Shown here piece after piece: positions 31,261-41,908 of a stretch of 64,000 nt of DNA (position 1 is its first letter; every line of letters starts with the position of its first letter). The notes beneath the pieces were generated by a model. The model saw only the letters and a list, made by a program, of their open reading frames with translations. It did not search any database and was not told where the DNA came from. The position numbers were made by a program, and so were the translations under genes. Origin of the DNA: an uncultured Planctomycetaceae bacterium (GTDB lineage: Bacteria; Planctomycetota; Planctomycetia; Isosphaerales; Isosphaeraceae). The stretch spans positions 4,544,001 to 4,608,000 of the forward strand of contig CAWIAD010000002.1 in NCBI GenBank assembly GCA_963833985.1. Reading direction: 5' to 3'.

Positions 31261-32139
31261 TCACTCTCGTTCCGCGCGCTCGAGCAGTCCGGCGGCGGCC
31301 GGTTCGTCGAGGATCCAGGTGACCGCGGGCGCGCTGGCCTGGAGTAGCGACGCCGGCACCTCGGCCGTCATGGGTCCGCCGATGGCACGCGCCACCACGT
31401 CCGCCTTGTGTCCGCCCGTGGCGAGCATGACGATGGAGCGGGCGGCGAGGATGGGGGCCACTCCCATGGTGAGCGCACGGGGGATCACGCGTTCCAGTCC
31501 ACCGAAGTCGTGCGCAGCGTCGGCCCGGGTGACAGAGTGCAGCTCGGTGAGCCGGCTGGGCAAGGCGAGCGCCTCACCGAGCGGCCGCGTGCAGGGCTCG
31601 TTGAAGCCGATGTGGCCGTTGCGGCCAATGCCCAGGAGCTGAAGATCGATCCCGCCGTCGGCGGCGATCCAGCGGTCGAACACCGCGCAATGTTCGGCAA
31701 CGAACGCCTCGGGGATGGTGCCGTCGAGCATGTGGGCGCTGTTGGCCGGCAAGTCCACGTGGCTGAACAGGTGCTGATGCATGTAGTAGCGGTAGCTCTT
31801 GGGATCGAGCGGGCCGATCGGGTAGAACTCGTCCAGATTGTAGGTGACGATGTCGCGGAACGAGAGTTCTCCGGCGGCATGGAGCGAGACCAGTTGCGAG
31901 TACACCTTGCGCGGCGTGGCTCCGGTCGCCAGGCCCAGCACGGCCCGGCCGCGGGCGGCGACGGCGGATTGAACCGCCTGCTGGATCCGCGCCGCGGCTT
32001 CGCGGCCGGCTGCGCCCGCGTCTCCAAACACCAGGATCGACATCCCTGCACGTTCCAGGCTGCGGGCGGGGTCAGGCATCCGAGGTACCTCCAGGGCGTC
32101 TGGACGCGGCATCGTGGGCGGACTGGCCGGGCGGGTCAA
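31261..32139 (-). CDS. nagB: Glucosamine-6-phosphate deaminase (start uncertain, 32043-32139)
   Basis: VLGLATGATP, TYNLDEF, GGIDLQLLGIGRNGHIGFNEP, ALTMGV, PASLLQ. Confidence 0.93.
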   Translation of the reverse strand: MTRPASPPTMPRPDALEVPRMPDPARSLERAGMSILVFGDAGAAGREAAARIQQAVQSAVAARGRAVLGLATGATPRKVYSQLVSLHAAGELSFRDIVTYNLDEFYPIGPLDPKSYRYYMHQHLFSHVDLPANSAHMLDGTIPEAFVAEHCAVFDRWIAADGGIDLQLLGIGRNGHIGFNEPCTRPLGEALALPSRLTELHSVTRADAAHDFGGLERVIPRALTMGVAPILAARSIVMLATGGHKADVVARAIGGPMTAEVPASLLQASAPAVTWILDEPAAAGLLERAERE

Positions 32140-33185
32140 AGCCGCTTCGGCGGTACGGGTGCAGCACCCGCGGCCAGCAAGACCTCGGCCGGATCCGCCG
32201 TCACGGGGCCGGTGCCGGCGTCGGCGGCCGGAACCGGCGCAGGGGAGATCTGGCCGCTCAGTAGACCCAGTGCAATCTGGATCGGGTCAGGAGGATGGTT
32301 GCCGCAACGCTGCGGGTCGAAGGAATCGATCTGGAACAGCTCGACGCCGACGAACCTCTCATCCGTCCGGTGCGCGCGGCCCGAGAGGCTGTGACCCTCG
32401 GCCCACTCGCGGGTGAGCGCGGCATAGGCCCGGCCAAGGTGCGAGCAGTACTGGGTGTAATCCGTGAGCAGCACTTGCGACGCGTGACAGTGGATGGCCC
32501 ATTCCTTGGTGCGCTCGGCCTCGCCGTCGTAGCTGAAGTAGGCATTGGGCTGGGCAAGAGGCCCCCAGGGAGTCCAGCCGCTGAGCACCAGCGTGTCGGT
32601 CAGGTTCGCGCCCAGCAGACCGATCGCGCCGAGCACCCGCGTCACCCGGTGGGCCGTGTGTGCATCATTGGCCGGAGGCAGAATAAGTCCGCCCGGCCGC
32701 CGCTTGCCGAACCAGTCCACCACCTTCTCAACATCGGCCTCGGAGGGGAGATACCCCGGCATGCGGTACCCTTCAAGGTCCCAGCAGACCGCCTCGGCCC
32801 CGAGGACGTTGCACTCCAGGCGGAACTCGGCCTCACGCACCGAGATCTTCTTCTGGTCGTTCAGCCAGGGTGCCGCCACGTTCCGTTCGCCGGCGAAGAC
32901 CAGGACCTCGATCACCGGCAAGCCCCGCCGGACCGCGTATTCGTGAATGAGGCAGGCCGCGGTGATCGCCCCGTCGTCGGCGTGCGGGCAAAGCATCACC
33001 AGCGGCCGGTTCGGCCCCAGCACGTAGCGCAGGGACTCTCGAATATCGACAAGCTGCCCGTGGCTGCCGAAGCCGCGCATGGTGGCAATCAACCGATCGT
33101 ACTCGGCCCGCCAGGACGGCGAGCCCTTCGGCCGATCGGAAGAACCCAGCGCGGCCCCCAATCCCGACGCGCCCCTCTCGGACAT
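32136..33185 (-). CDS. Cytoplasmic PIG-L-family deacetylase-like protein
   Basis: LCPHADDG, REAEFRLECNVLG, DAHTAH, AIHCHASQ. The stop abuts nagB. Confidence 0.8.
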   Translation of the reverse strand: MSERGASGLGAALGSSDRPKGSPSWRAEYDRLIATMRGFGSHGQLVDIRESLRYVLGPNRPLVMLCPHADDGAITAACLIHEYAVRRGLPVIEVLVFAGERNVAAPWLNDQKKISVREAEFRLECNVLGAEAVCWDLEGYRMPGYLPSEADVEKVVDWFGKRRPGGLILPPANDAHTAHRVTRVLGAIGLLGANLTDTLVLSGWTPWGPLAQPNAYFSYDGEAERTKEWAIHCHASQVLLTDYTQYCSHLGRAYAALTREWAEGHSLSGRAHRTDERFVGVELFQIDSFDPQRCGNHPPDPIQIALGLLSGQISPAPVPAADAGTGPVTADPAEVLLAAGAAPVPPKRL

Positions 33186-33370
33186 TCGACCCCCAGTGGC
33201 GTGCGCACGACTTTCACGGATCGATCCGTGGAACACCACTTCATTCTGAGGGCCGCCCTCGCCGCCGTCAACCATTCCCGGCGATCCTCGGGCCGCAAGA
33301 TCCGTCAACCACCGCGCAGGCCGTCCATCCCCCGCCCCGGTTCCGCTCTCCCGTGCAGAGCTGGACCCGA

Positions 33371-33907
33371 TCAGATCGTGTGCTCCTCGAAGAGCCGGGC
33401 ACGGAACCGCGACCACTCGGAGACCGTGTGGTTCGGCTCGTCGCGGTGATGACCAATGTATTCCGTGAACAGCTTGTCCAGCAGGTCGAACCGTTCCGAG
33501 AGCGTGCGGACGACCGCGAGGGCCAGCGCCTCGGCCGCCCGCGGGTGCTCTTCACGCAGTCGATCATGGGCCGGATGATGCAATGTCAGCATCCAGACGG
33601 CCGTCTGGGCCCGGGCCGTGACGGTGGGCGGCTTGGGCTGGAAGAACGAGGTGGTGCCGAACACGGCCGGCGCCGCCAGCGTGGTCACGATCTCCTTGCG
33701 GCCATTGCTAAATGTCCTTTCCAGCTCGACAGATCCGTCGATCAGGAAGGTCAGGTGATCATTCGGCTGCCCCTGCGCCAGCAGGACGGCTCCGGCCGGG
33801 GCACGCTCCTCGGCCAGGGCGTTCAAAAGCGCCAGCTTGATGTCCCGATCCACGTCCACGAGCCAGGGTGCCGTCAGGAACCGTCTGGTCGCTTCCACGT
33901 CAAGCAT
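33371..33907 (-). CDS. Stand-alone cyclic nucleotide-binding (Crp/Fnr-type) domain protein without an HTH
   Basis: GAVLLAQGQPNDHLTFLIDGSVE...VFGTTSFFQPKPPTVTARA. Confidence 0.8.
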   Translation of the reverse strand: MLDVEATRRFLTAPWLVDVDRDIKLALLNALAEERAPAGAVLLAQGQPNDHLTFLIDGSVELERTFSNGRKEIVTTLAAPAVFGTTSFFQPKPPTVTARAQTAVWMLTLHHPAHDRLREEHPRAAEALALAVVRTLSERFDLLDKLFTEYIGHHRDEPNHTVSEWSRFRARLFEEHTI

Positions 33908-34106
33908 CTTCAGTCTCCTCGGGCTCAGTCCGGGGTCTAGAAGGGAGAGGTGATTCCAACCGCCGGTCGCTCCGCAAGCGCCCGCAAAGGCAGGATCTGC
34001 CTGCCGGCCCGCCGGCCGTGCATCCGGAATCTCTTCGCTCGCGGCTCGTCGTCTCTATCCTTTGCTACGAACCATGGTTCGCATTCCAGGAAGACCGGCA
34101 AATGAG

Positions 34107-34135
34107 GGAACTTTGCCGGGTGTAGGAATTGTCTA
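34107..34135 (+). promoter_or_regulatory. Possible ECF-type promoter
   Basis: GGAACTT-17 nt-GTCTA, about 150 nt upstream of the lipoprotein ATG. The spacer is slightly long. Confidence 0.3.
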
Positions 34136-34281
34136 CGTTCCGAGAGCAGCAGGCCAGCCGAAAACGGCGTTTGTTGCCGTCACTCCAGCCGATTGAGAAC
34201 AGCAAAGGAAGCCGCCCGAAGGTGAACGAACCAGTGCGAGTGGGCGGAGCGATCCAGTGGATGCCGGCGGAAGGAGTCGCC

Positions 34282-36288
34282 ATGAGACCGTCGCGAAGGC
34301 TTGGCGTGGTCACAATGCTGTTGCTCTGCGTCTCGGGGTGCGCAGGGGTACAGTCACGGCTGAGATGGCCCACAACCAATACGGACAGTGCGGCGCAGAA
34401 TCGTACCGCGCCCGCAGGCTGGTTCTCCTCGCGGTTTCAGCCCCGCACGGAGCAGACCCAGGCACAAACCCAGACGCAGATCCCGGCCGCGGACGCGGAC
34501 GCGGCACCGACGCCGACCTCGGCGAGCACACCGTCCGACCCGCCGGCCGCGCCCAGTGCCGGCAATACCCGGCCCAGCAACCCGGAGACGGAGATCTGGC
34601 CGGTGCCCCGATCCACGGGGCTCTCGCGATTCCTGCCCATCCTTGGATCGCGCGAGCAGGGGCCGAAAGGCCCATCGCAACCGGATCGCTACCCAAGCTA
34701 CGCGTCTCTCACGGCGCCCTACCACCCGCCGGACGACGCGATCGACCGCCTGATCCGCCGGGTCGGCGGTGAACCCGCCGATCCCCAGGAACCCGAGACG
34801 AAGCCAGCCGCCCTCCAGATGGCTGCAACGGCACCTGCCGATGCCCAAATGCCATCTGCCCGGCCCGGCCCGGCCGCGCAGCCCGCCAAGCTCTACAATT
34901 TGCCGGAGACGCGCGGCGATGTCGCCTTGCAGGTCGCTCCCGCCGAGCACGACGAACCGCAGCCGGTGAGCCCGAGGCCCACCACCCGCGACGAGACAGT
35001 CACGGACCTGCTGCGCGATCCGCTCATGGGAGAGGCCCCTCCAGCCGGTGCGGACCCAGCGCTGCCCCGGCGCGAACCCTACCTGATTCCGGCGGCCGCT
35101 GAATCCACTCAGCAGACCAAACCCGCGGCTCCTGCACCGCAACCGCCAGCACCAGGCCCGCCAGCGGCGGGCCCGCCTCCGCCCCCGCTGGGACCCACGA
35201 CGCCGGGCGCCAGTCCGCCTCCACCGCCTCTGGCTCCGGAGGCTTCCCCCGCACCCAGGCCGGCCCCGAACGCGGGACCGGTCCCGCCCACCCCTGGAAC
35301 GCCCTCTCAACCCGCCCCCGCAACGGCCCCCGCACCTGCACGCACAACCGCGCCGGCCCCGGCACAGGCACCCGCGCCGGTTCCGGTCCCGGCGCCCGAG
35401 CCGGTTCCGGCGCCCGCCACGCCCCCCAGCCCGGCCGCACCACCGGCCCAGCCTGTGGCCCCCGAGCCTGCACCAACCGCCGAACCTGGACCCAGACCCT
35501 CGCCGGCCGCGCCGGAACAAGGTCCTTCGGAGAACATCGCTCCCGCACCAGAGGTCGTGCCGGTCCCGACGAGCCAGAGCCAGCCGGCGGCCCTTGCGCC
35601 TGCCGGCGTGGCCTCAGCCCAGGCCCAGCCCCAGGGTCAAGCTCACGCCCGGATACCTGCCGCTCCATCGTCCCAGGCTGGTACCGCCCTCGCCTCTTCT
35701 CAGGCTGCTTCCGGAACGACCGCGCGTCACCGCTGGTCGTTGCGCGCCTGGTTGCACTCGCTGCACCAGCCTGCGCAGCCGCAGCCGCAATGCCAGCTCC
35801 CGGCCGTGATGTTCCCCCCCACCTACCAGGCCTGCATGGCCAGCGCCCAGACCAATTGCCCGCCGCAAGGTTCAGGCGTTCGTCCCGCACCCCAGTCCGT
35901 CCCGCAAGCCGGTGCGGCTCCCCCCTGCACCACCTGCGCCGCGGGCCGAGGCAAGGAAGGCCGGCTCTCCTGGTGCCATTACGGCATGCTCTCGGACTTC
36001 TTCGAGCAGATGCGGATCTGGCGGCACGGCTGTGCCTGCCCGTGCCACAACGAGGGGTACCGGTTCTGGCGCGGCAACTGCAAGAAATGCACCAGCAAGC
36101 AGGATGCGCCGGCCGGCTCAACGCCGCCGTCGGCCTCGCCACAGTCGAGTCCCGGCCCGAATGCCCCGACGGCAGCACCCCAGGCGCCCCTGGCCTCGGG
36201 CTCACGGGGCTCCGAAGCGGGCGAACTCGCGGAGGGGAGCCAGGTCCTCGAGCGCATCGCGGCCCAGGGCCTCGACAAAGCGCCTTAA
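34282..36288 (+). CDS. Pro/Ala-rich lipoprotein with a Cys/His-rich C-terminus
   Basis: AAGGAG RBS, lipobox VSG-C, long PAPA tract, then CTTC and HGCACPCH...CKKC. Confidence 0.75.
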   Translation: MRPSRRLGVVTMLLLCVSGCAGVQSRLRWPTTNTDSAAQNRTAPAGWFSSRFQPRTEQTQAQTQTQIPAADADAAPTPTSASTPSDPPAAPSAGNTRPSNPETEIWPVPRSTGLSRFLPILGSREQGPKGPSQPDRYPSYASLTAPYHPPDDAIDRLIRRVGGEPADPQEPETKPAALQMAATAPADAQMPSARPGPAAQPAKLYNLPETRGDVALQVAPAEHDEPQPVSPRPTTRDETVTDLLRDPLMGEAPPAGADPALPRREPYLIPAAAESTQQTKPAAPAPQPPAPGPPAAGPPPPPLGPTTPGASPPPPPLAPEASPAPRPAPNAGPVPPTPGTPSQPAPATAPAPARTTAPAPAQAPAPVPVPAPEPVPAPATPPSPAAPPAQPVAPEPAPTAEPGPRPSPAAPEQGPSENIAPAPEVVPVPTSQSQPAALAPAGVASAQAQPQGQAHARIPAAPSSQAGTALASSQAASGTTARHRWSLRAWLHSLHQPAQPQPQCQLPAVMFPPTYQACMASAQTNCPPQGSGVRPAPQSVPQAGAAPPCTTCAAGRGKEGRLSWCHYGMLSDFFEQMRIWRHGCACPCHNEGYRFWRGNCKKCTSKQDAPAGSTPPSASPQSSPGPNAPTAAPQAPLASGSRGSEAGELAEGSQVLERIAAQGLDKAP

Positions 36289-37695
36289 TCCCAGCTCGAG
36301 CTGGTCCGCGATCTCGGTATGCTGCTCGATGACATTGTTCTGTTCCCAGCGATCTTCCGGCTTGCGGTAGAGCTCGCTGGACCTGGGCTCGTCCGGGTCG
36401 GACTCGAGCGGCATGATCAGGTGCCAGTGATGGGTCCGGATAGCGAACTCCTCGACGTCCATGCCCATGCAAGCGTAGTCGCGCAGCTTGGTCTTTTCAC
36501 CGCGGATCAAGGGGAGCAGGTCCTGTCCGTGGAGCGGAGGATCGCGGTCCTCGGTGGAGCGGATTCCGAGCGCTTCAAGAACCGTCGGCAGCAGATCAAC
36601 GGTCTGGACCAGGGCCTGGTGCCGGCCGCCGCCGAACTTGCCGCCGGGCATGCGCACGATGAGCGGCGTGTGCACGAGCTCCTCGTACAGCCAGGGCCGG
36701 AAGCGGCGCACGTAGCCGTGCTCACCGAGCGGCTCACCCTGGTCACTGGTGAAGATGACCAGGGTATCGTCGAGCCGGCCCATGCGCCGCAGGGCGTCGA
36801 ACAGTGTTCCCAGCCAGTGATCCACCAGGGTGACGGTGCCGGCGTAGGTGCGGCGGAGGCGAAACAGTTCGGCCTCGCTGAGGACGTCGCCCACCGCGCC
36901 GGCGGGCACGTCGATGAGCACCGGAACGTCCTCGATGGCGATCTCCTCGGCGTCCCCGGACAGATCCTCGACCAGGTCGCCCTCCTCGTCCGACTCGAAT
37001 TCGTCGGGCTCGACCGCGGCGTACTGGTCGCGATAGGGTTGTGGCGGGTCCCACGGCCCGTGGGGGCTGAACAGGTCCAGCCAGAGCAGGAACGGGTCCT
37101 TGCGGCTGCCGCGCCGATCCAGCCAGTCGATGGCCGAGTGGACGGTCCGGGCGACGCTCGTGTTCGGGTCGCTGCCGCTGTTCAGGACGGCCCGGTTCCG
37201 CAGGAACTGTTCCCAGCGTTTCTTCCAGAGGTCGAGGTCCGGGTCGTCGTCGGCAGGGAGGCGCAGCCCCAGCTCGTCCGCCAGGCGGACATTCCGCGTG
37301 CGCGGATCCGAGGGAGGAACCAGGGGGTCATAACCGGCTCCGCGCACCCAGATCACTTCGTCGAAGCCGCGGCCGTAGCCCAGCCCCGCCTCTCGGAGCA
37401 AGGGAACATCCGAGATCAGCGCCGTGGCCACGCCCTGGTCCCAGAGCCAATCCGGCAGGATCCGCTCGTCGCTCCGCAGGGCCGTCCAGCCGGCGTCCGG
37501 ATCGGCAAACCCATAGCGCCCGGTCCACCAGCTTCGCCGGGTTGGGAGCGTGGTCAGGTTCTCGGGGAAATGATGATCGAAAACGGTGCCCTCGGCCGCC
37601 AGGCGATCGAGGTGGGGCGTCTCGATCCAGGCATTGCCATAGGCTCCAAGGAACCCCAGATGCAGGCTGTTGCACACCACGACGATGACGTTCAT
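36202..37695 (-). CDS. Sulfatase/alkaline phosphatase superfamily protein with a Thr-type signature
   Basis: GAYGNAWIETPHLDRLAAEG, TTLPTRRSWWTG, FSPHGPW, YAGTVTLVDHWLG, FTSDQGEPLGEHG, VHTPLIV, VDLLPT. Confidence 0.9.
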   Translation of the reverse strand: MNVIVVVCNSLHLGFLGAYGNAWIETPHLDRLAAEGTVFDHHFPENLTTLPTRRSWWTGRYGFADPDAGWTALRSDERILPDWLWDQGVATALISDVPLLREAGLGYGRGFDEVIWVRGAGYDPLVPPSDPRTRNVRLADELGLRLPADDDPDLDLWKKRWEQFLRNRAVLNSGSDPNTSVARTVHSAIDWLDRRGSRKDPFLLWLDLFSPHGPWDPPQPYRDQYAAVEPDEFESDEEGDLVEDLSGDAEEIAIEDVPVLIDVPAGAVGDVLSEAELFRLRRTYAGTVTLVDHWLGTLFDALRRMGRLDDTLVIFTSDQGEPLGEHGYVRRFRPWLYEELVHTPLIVRMPGGKFGGGRHQALVQTVDLLPTVLEALGIRSTEDRDPPLHGQDLLPLIRGEKTKLRDYACMGMDVEEFAIRTHHWHLIMPLESDPDEPRSSELYRKPEDRWEQNNVIEQHTEIADQLELGLRRFVEALGRDALEDLAPLREFARFGAP

Positions 37696-38229
37696 GGGTG
37701 TGATTGTAATGGGCCGGAAGGAGGCAGGGAAGGTCGCTGGCAGTCCGTCGGGACGAACCTCTCGCCCACGGACTTGCCCTGGTACTGAGGCCTGGCCGTG
37801 CTCCGCGAGCTGAGGCGCTTGCGCGTGAGCTGATCCACCGGGCACGGTACCAGCTTACCGCCCTGGGTATGCGTCCAGGACAATGCGCGACGCAGTGCGT
37901 CACGAATTTGGCAACTCTGGAAAAGGCACGCATGTTTCGCAGGTATTCTATGCATGGCCGGGCGCGGGGCGAGCCGCGAACGCGCGTCGTGCGCACAAAG
38001 TTCTCGTGCGGCGGGCTTGCGGCTGCGTGCCGGCTCACGCGCGCCGGGGTGCCCGTCCTCGCGGGAGCCGTGTGATGCGTTCGGGGGTGCCGGCCCACGC
38101 GCGCCGGGACGCCCCTCAAACCGGCGCGAGAGCGGCCGATCGAGGCCCTTTTGGAGGCCCCGACGCTCTGATAGCATGAGCGCTGATCCACGGTCCGATG
38201 AAATGTCATGGACGCCAGGAGATGACGCG

Positions 38230-41200
38230 ATGAGTAGATCACCCGAGCACCGAGGCACCCCGAACGTCTGCACCAGCGCCTCCGCTGCTGGCGCTGCTGG
38301 CGTGGCTGGCGGCCGCTGGCGCGGCTGCACCGGCGGCGGCCGCTCAGGGTTTCGGCCCCACCACGATCCACGACCTGAAGGTCAGCTCGCCCGTGTCCGC
38401 GCAGGTTTTTCAACGCGACGCCAACGACCGCGCCGTGATTCCCGTCACCATCGATGCGTCGTCACTCAAGGACGCGACGCTGGTGAGCGCGACGGTCGTC
38501 ACCCAGAACCACGAGCCCAACGCTGACCGCCAGCTCGCGGATCGCGTGACGTTCTACGAGAACAAGCTGGTCGGCGTCCCGGTGGGAGGGCCCTACGAGG
38601 TCCAGCTCACCGTGAGGCGGAACAACCAGCAGGTGATGCAGCCGATCGGGCCGATCTACGTGGGCGACCTCTGGGTGCTGGCCGGGCAGTCCAACATGGA
38701 GGGCGTGGGTGACCTGGTTGATGTCACCCCGCCTCATCCTCTGGTCATGTCCCTGGGAATGAACGGCAAGTGGGCCCGGGCCGAGGAGCCGCTCCATTGG
38801 CTGGTGGATTCGCCCGATGCCGTGCACTCGGGCAATCCCGGCGATCGCGCGGCGCGCGCCGCCCAGGAGCACAGGAACCGCAAGAAGGGCGCCGGGCTGG
38901 GGCTCCCCTTCGCCGTGTCGCTCGTCGAACAGACGCACGTGCCGATCGGACTGGTCGCCTGCGCCCACGGCGGCACGAGCATGGATCAGTGGAACCCGGC
39001 CAGAAAGCACGAGGGGGGCAATAGCCTGTACGGCTCTTTGCTCCGCCAGATCCAGCTTGCCGGCGGCAAGGTCAAGGGCGTGCTCTGGTACCAGGGCGAG
39101 AGCGACGCCAACCCGGAGGCCTCAAAGGTCTACCCGCGCGTCTTCGCGGACTTCATCGCCGCGGTGCGGGCTGATCTGAACCAGCCCGAACTCCCCTTCT
39201 ATTACGTGCAGATCGGCCGGTTCGTCCATGACGGCGCCCCGGGGCCGTGGAACGATATCCAGGAAGCCCAGCGCAAACTGCCGGAACGCGTGTCCGGCAC
39301 GGCCGTGGTCTCGGTGATCGACCTCGAGCTCGACGACCTGATCCACGTGGGAACCCAGGGACAGAAGCGCGCCGGGGCACGTCTGTCGCGGATCGCCGCG
39401 CGCGAGCTCTTCGGCCAGCTGGGAGCCACCACACCGACGCTCGACCGCGTCTCCCGCGGACCGCACAACACCCTCGTGGTGAAGTTCAAGGATGTCAACA
39501 TGCAAGGCGTGCAGGGTGTCATGGGCATGACCATGCAGCGCACGGGGGGGATGGGCGGGGGCCGGATGGCGTCGGCAGGCATGCGCATGACGCCCAGCGC
39601 CGGCGAATTCGCCGGCCGGGGTCTTGCGCCGAGCGGCACATTGCCGGCTTCTCGATTCGCAAGGAGGACGGCACGCCCATTCCGGTCATCTTCGAGGCCG
39701 CCGTGGGACAGGCCCGAGACACCGTGGTCCTCAAGCTGGCCGGGCCTCTCCCCGAGAAAGCCAACCTCTGGTACGGCTACGGAGTCGACCCCTATTGCAA
39801 CCTGATCGATAGCGCCGATATGGCGGTTCCGGTCTTCGGGCCGATCGCGCTGGACGAGGCCTCGGAGCCGAAGGCCCCGGCGGCGGCGCTCGCAACCCCC
39901 GCGTCCCACTCTCAGGCTCCACGTCCGAACCCAGGCCCTGGCTCCGAGCCGGGCCACTCTCAGGGGCCAATCAAGGTCCTCATCATCACCGGCGACCACG
40001 GCCACGACTGGAAGGCAACCACTCCGAAGCTCAAGGAGATTCTTGCTCCCGGCGGCAAGATTGCAGTGGATGTCACCACCGAGCCGGCCAGGGACCTGAC
40101 GGACGCCAACCTGGCGAAGTACGACGTGCTGCTCTTGAACTACAAGGACACGCCCGGCGGCAAGCTGGAGACGAAGTGGTCCGACGCGAACAAGCAGGCG
40201 TTCCTGAAGGCCGTCCACGACGGCAAGGGGCTCGTGGTTTTCCACTTCGCCTCCAGTGCGTTCACCAGGCCGAACTGGGCCGAGTTTGAAAAGGCAATCT
40301 GCGGTGGCTGGCGAAACCAGGGCTTCCACGGCCCGAAGCACGTCTACACGGTGAAGAAGACCGCGATCGACCATCCGATCTCCCGCGGGCTCCCCGACCA
40401 CTTCCAGCACACCATCGACGAGCTTTACCAGAACTCCATGATGGTTCCCGGCAATACCGTGCTGGCGACGGCCTATTCCGACCCGGGCAAGCCCCGCGGC
40501 ACCGGCAAGGACGAGCCGGTCATCTGGGTGAACAGCTACGGCAGGGGTCGCGTTTATGTCAACGCCCTGGGCCATGACGTGGAGGCGATGTCGGACCCGA
40601 ACTTCCACGAGTGGATGCGCCGGGGGGTGATCTGGGCGGCGACAGGTGAGGTGGGTCCCCATGCCAGCACCGGGAACGGTCAGCGCCTGCTGCCGCGCTC
40701 CGAGTACCTTGACCGGATGAAGGCCGGCTGGATCGGCCAGATGGCCGGCGTCGGCTTCGGCGGGCCGACGGAGTTCCGCCACCAGGGCGAGCTGGTCCCC
40801 GAGAACAAGCTGCCGCAGTGGAAGCCGGCGATGATCAACCAGTTCAATCAGGACGATCTGTACGTCGAGATGACGTTTCTGCGTACGCTCGAAGAGCACG
40901 GACTGGGCGTCTCCGCGCCAGGCGGGCATCGACTTCGCCAACAGCCGCTACCCGCTCTGGCACGCCAACGACGCGGGACGCAAGCTGTTGCGCCAGGGCA
41001 TCGCGCCGCCGGACTGCGGACATCCCGCCCTGAACGACCACGCCGACGATATCGATTACCAGATCGAGGCCGACTTCTCGGGCCTGATCGCCCCGAGCTT
41101 GCCCAACACGGTCATCAGCCTGGGCGAGACCTTCGGCCGGCTCATGAACTACGGCGACGGCCTCTACGGCGGCCAGTTCATGGGCGCCATGTACGCCGAA

Positions 41201-41869
41201 GCCTTCTTCGAGACCGACATGGAGAAGATCATCCGGGCCGGCCTGGCCGCCATCCCGCGCGGCAGCCAGTACCACGAGGCCATCTCCGACGTGCTGGCCT
41301 GGCACCGCGAAAACCCCCAGGACTGGCAAGCCACCTGGCGGAAGATTGATGAGAAATACCAGAAGAACTTGCAGTACCGCCGGTTCTCGTGCAGCAAGAA
41401 CGAGACTCCGCCCTACCGGTTCAACATCGACGCCAAGCTCAACGGAGCGTACGTGGTGATGGGCCTGCTGTACGGCGAGCGCGACCTGGACCGCACCATC
41501 ACCATCGCCACGCGCTGCGGCCAGGATTCCGACTGCAACCCGGCCAATGCCGCGGGCGTCCTGTGCACGACGATCGGCTACGCGAATTTGCCCGCGAAGT
41601 ACACCTCTGGTCTGAAGACGACGAGGCAGTTCAACTCCACGCCCTACACGTTCCCCAGGCTGATCGAGGTCTGCGAGCGGCTGGCCGAGCAGGCGGTACT
41701 GCAATCGGGAGGAAGAATCGACCGCAGCGCCGATGGTCGGGAAGCGTTTCTCATCCCCGTTCAAACGCCCCGGCCCAGCGCCCTGGAATCGTGCTGGGAC
41801 GCCCGGCCAAAAACGGGAAGCCGGTTTACCCCCGACGAGCTGAAGCAGATTCACGATCCGGGAAAGTGA
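38230..41869 (+). CDS. Secreted sialate O-acetylesterase (SGNH) + ThuA-like + ADP-ribosylglycohydrolase-like fusion (frameshifts at ~38260, ~39629 and ~40915)
   Basis: AGGAG RBS and a signal peptide ending AAAA-QG. SGNH motifs AGQSNM, HGGTS, WYQGESD, DLIH. ThuA motifs KVLIITGDHGHDW...DELY...YGRGRVYVNALGHD. ARH motifs AGWIGQMAG...QDDLYVE, DIDYQIEAD, GQDSDCNPA. Confidence 0.8.
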
Positions 41870-41908
41870 GCGCAGGGTTGGACCAGAGCGGAGGAGTTGA
41901 TCGCCGCG

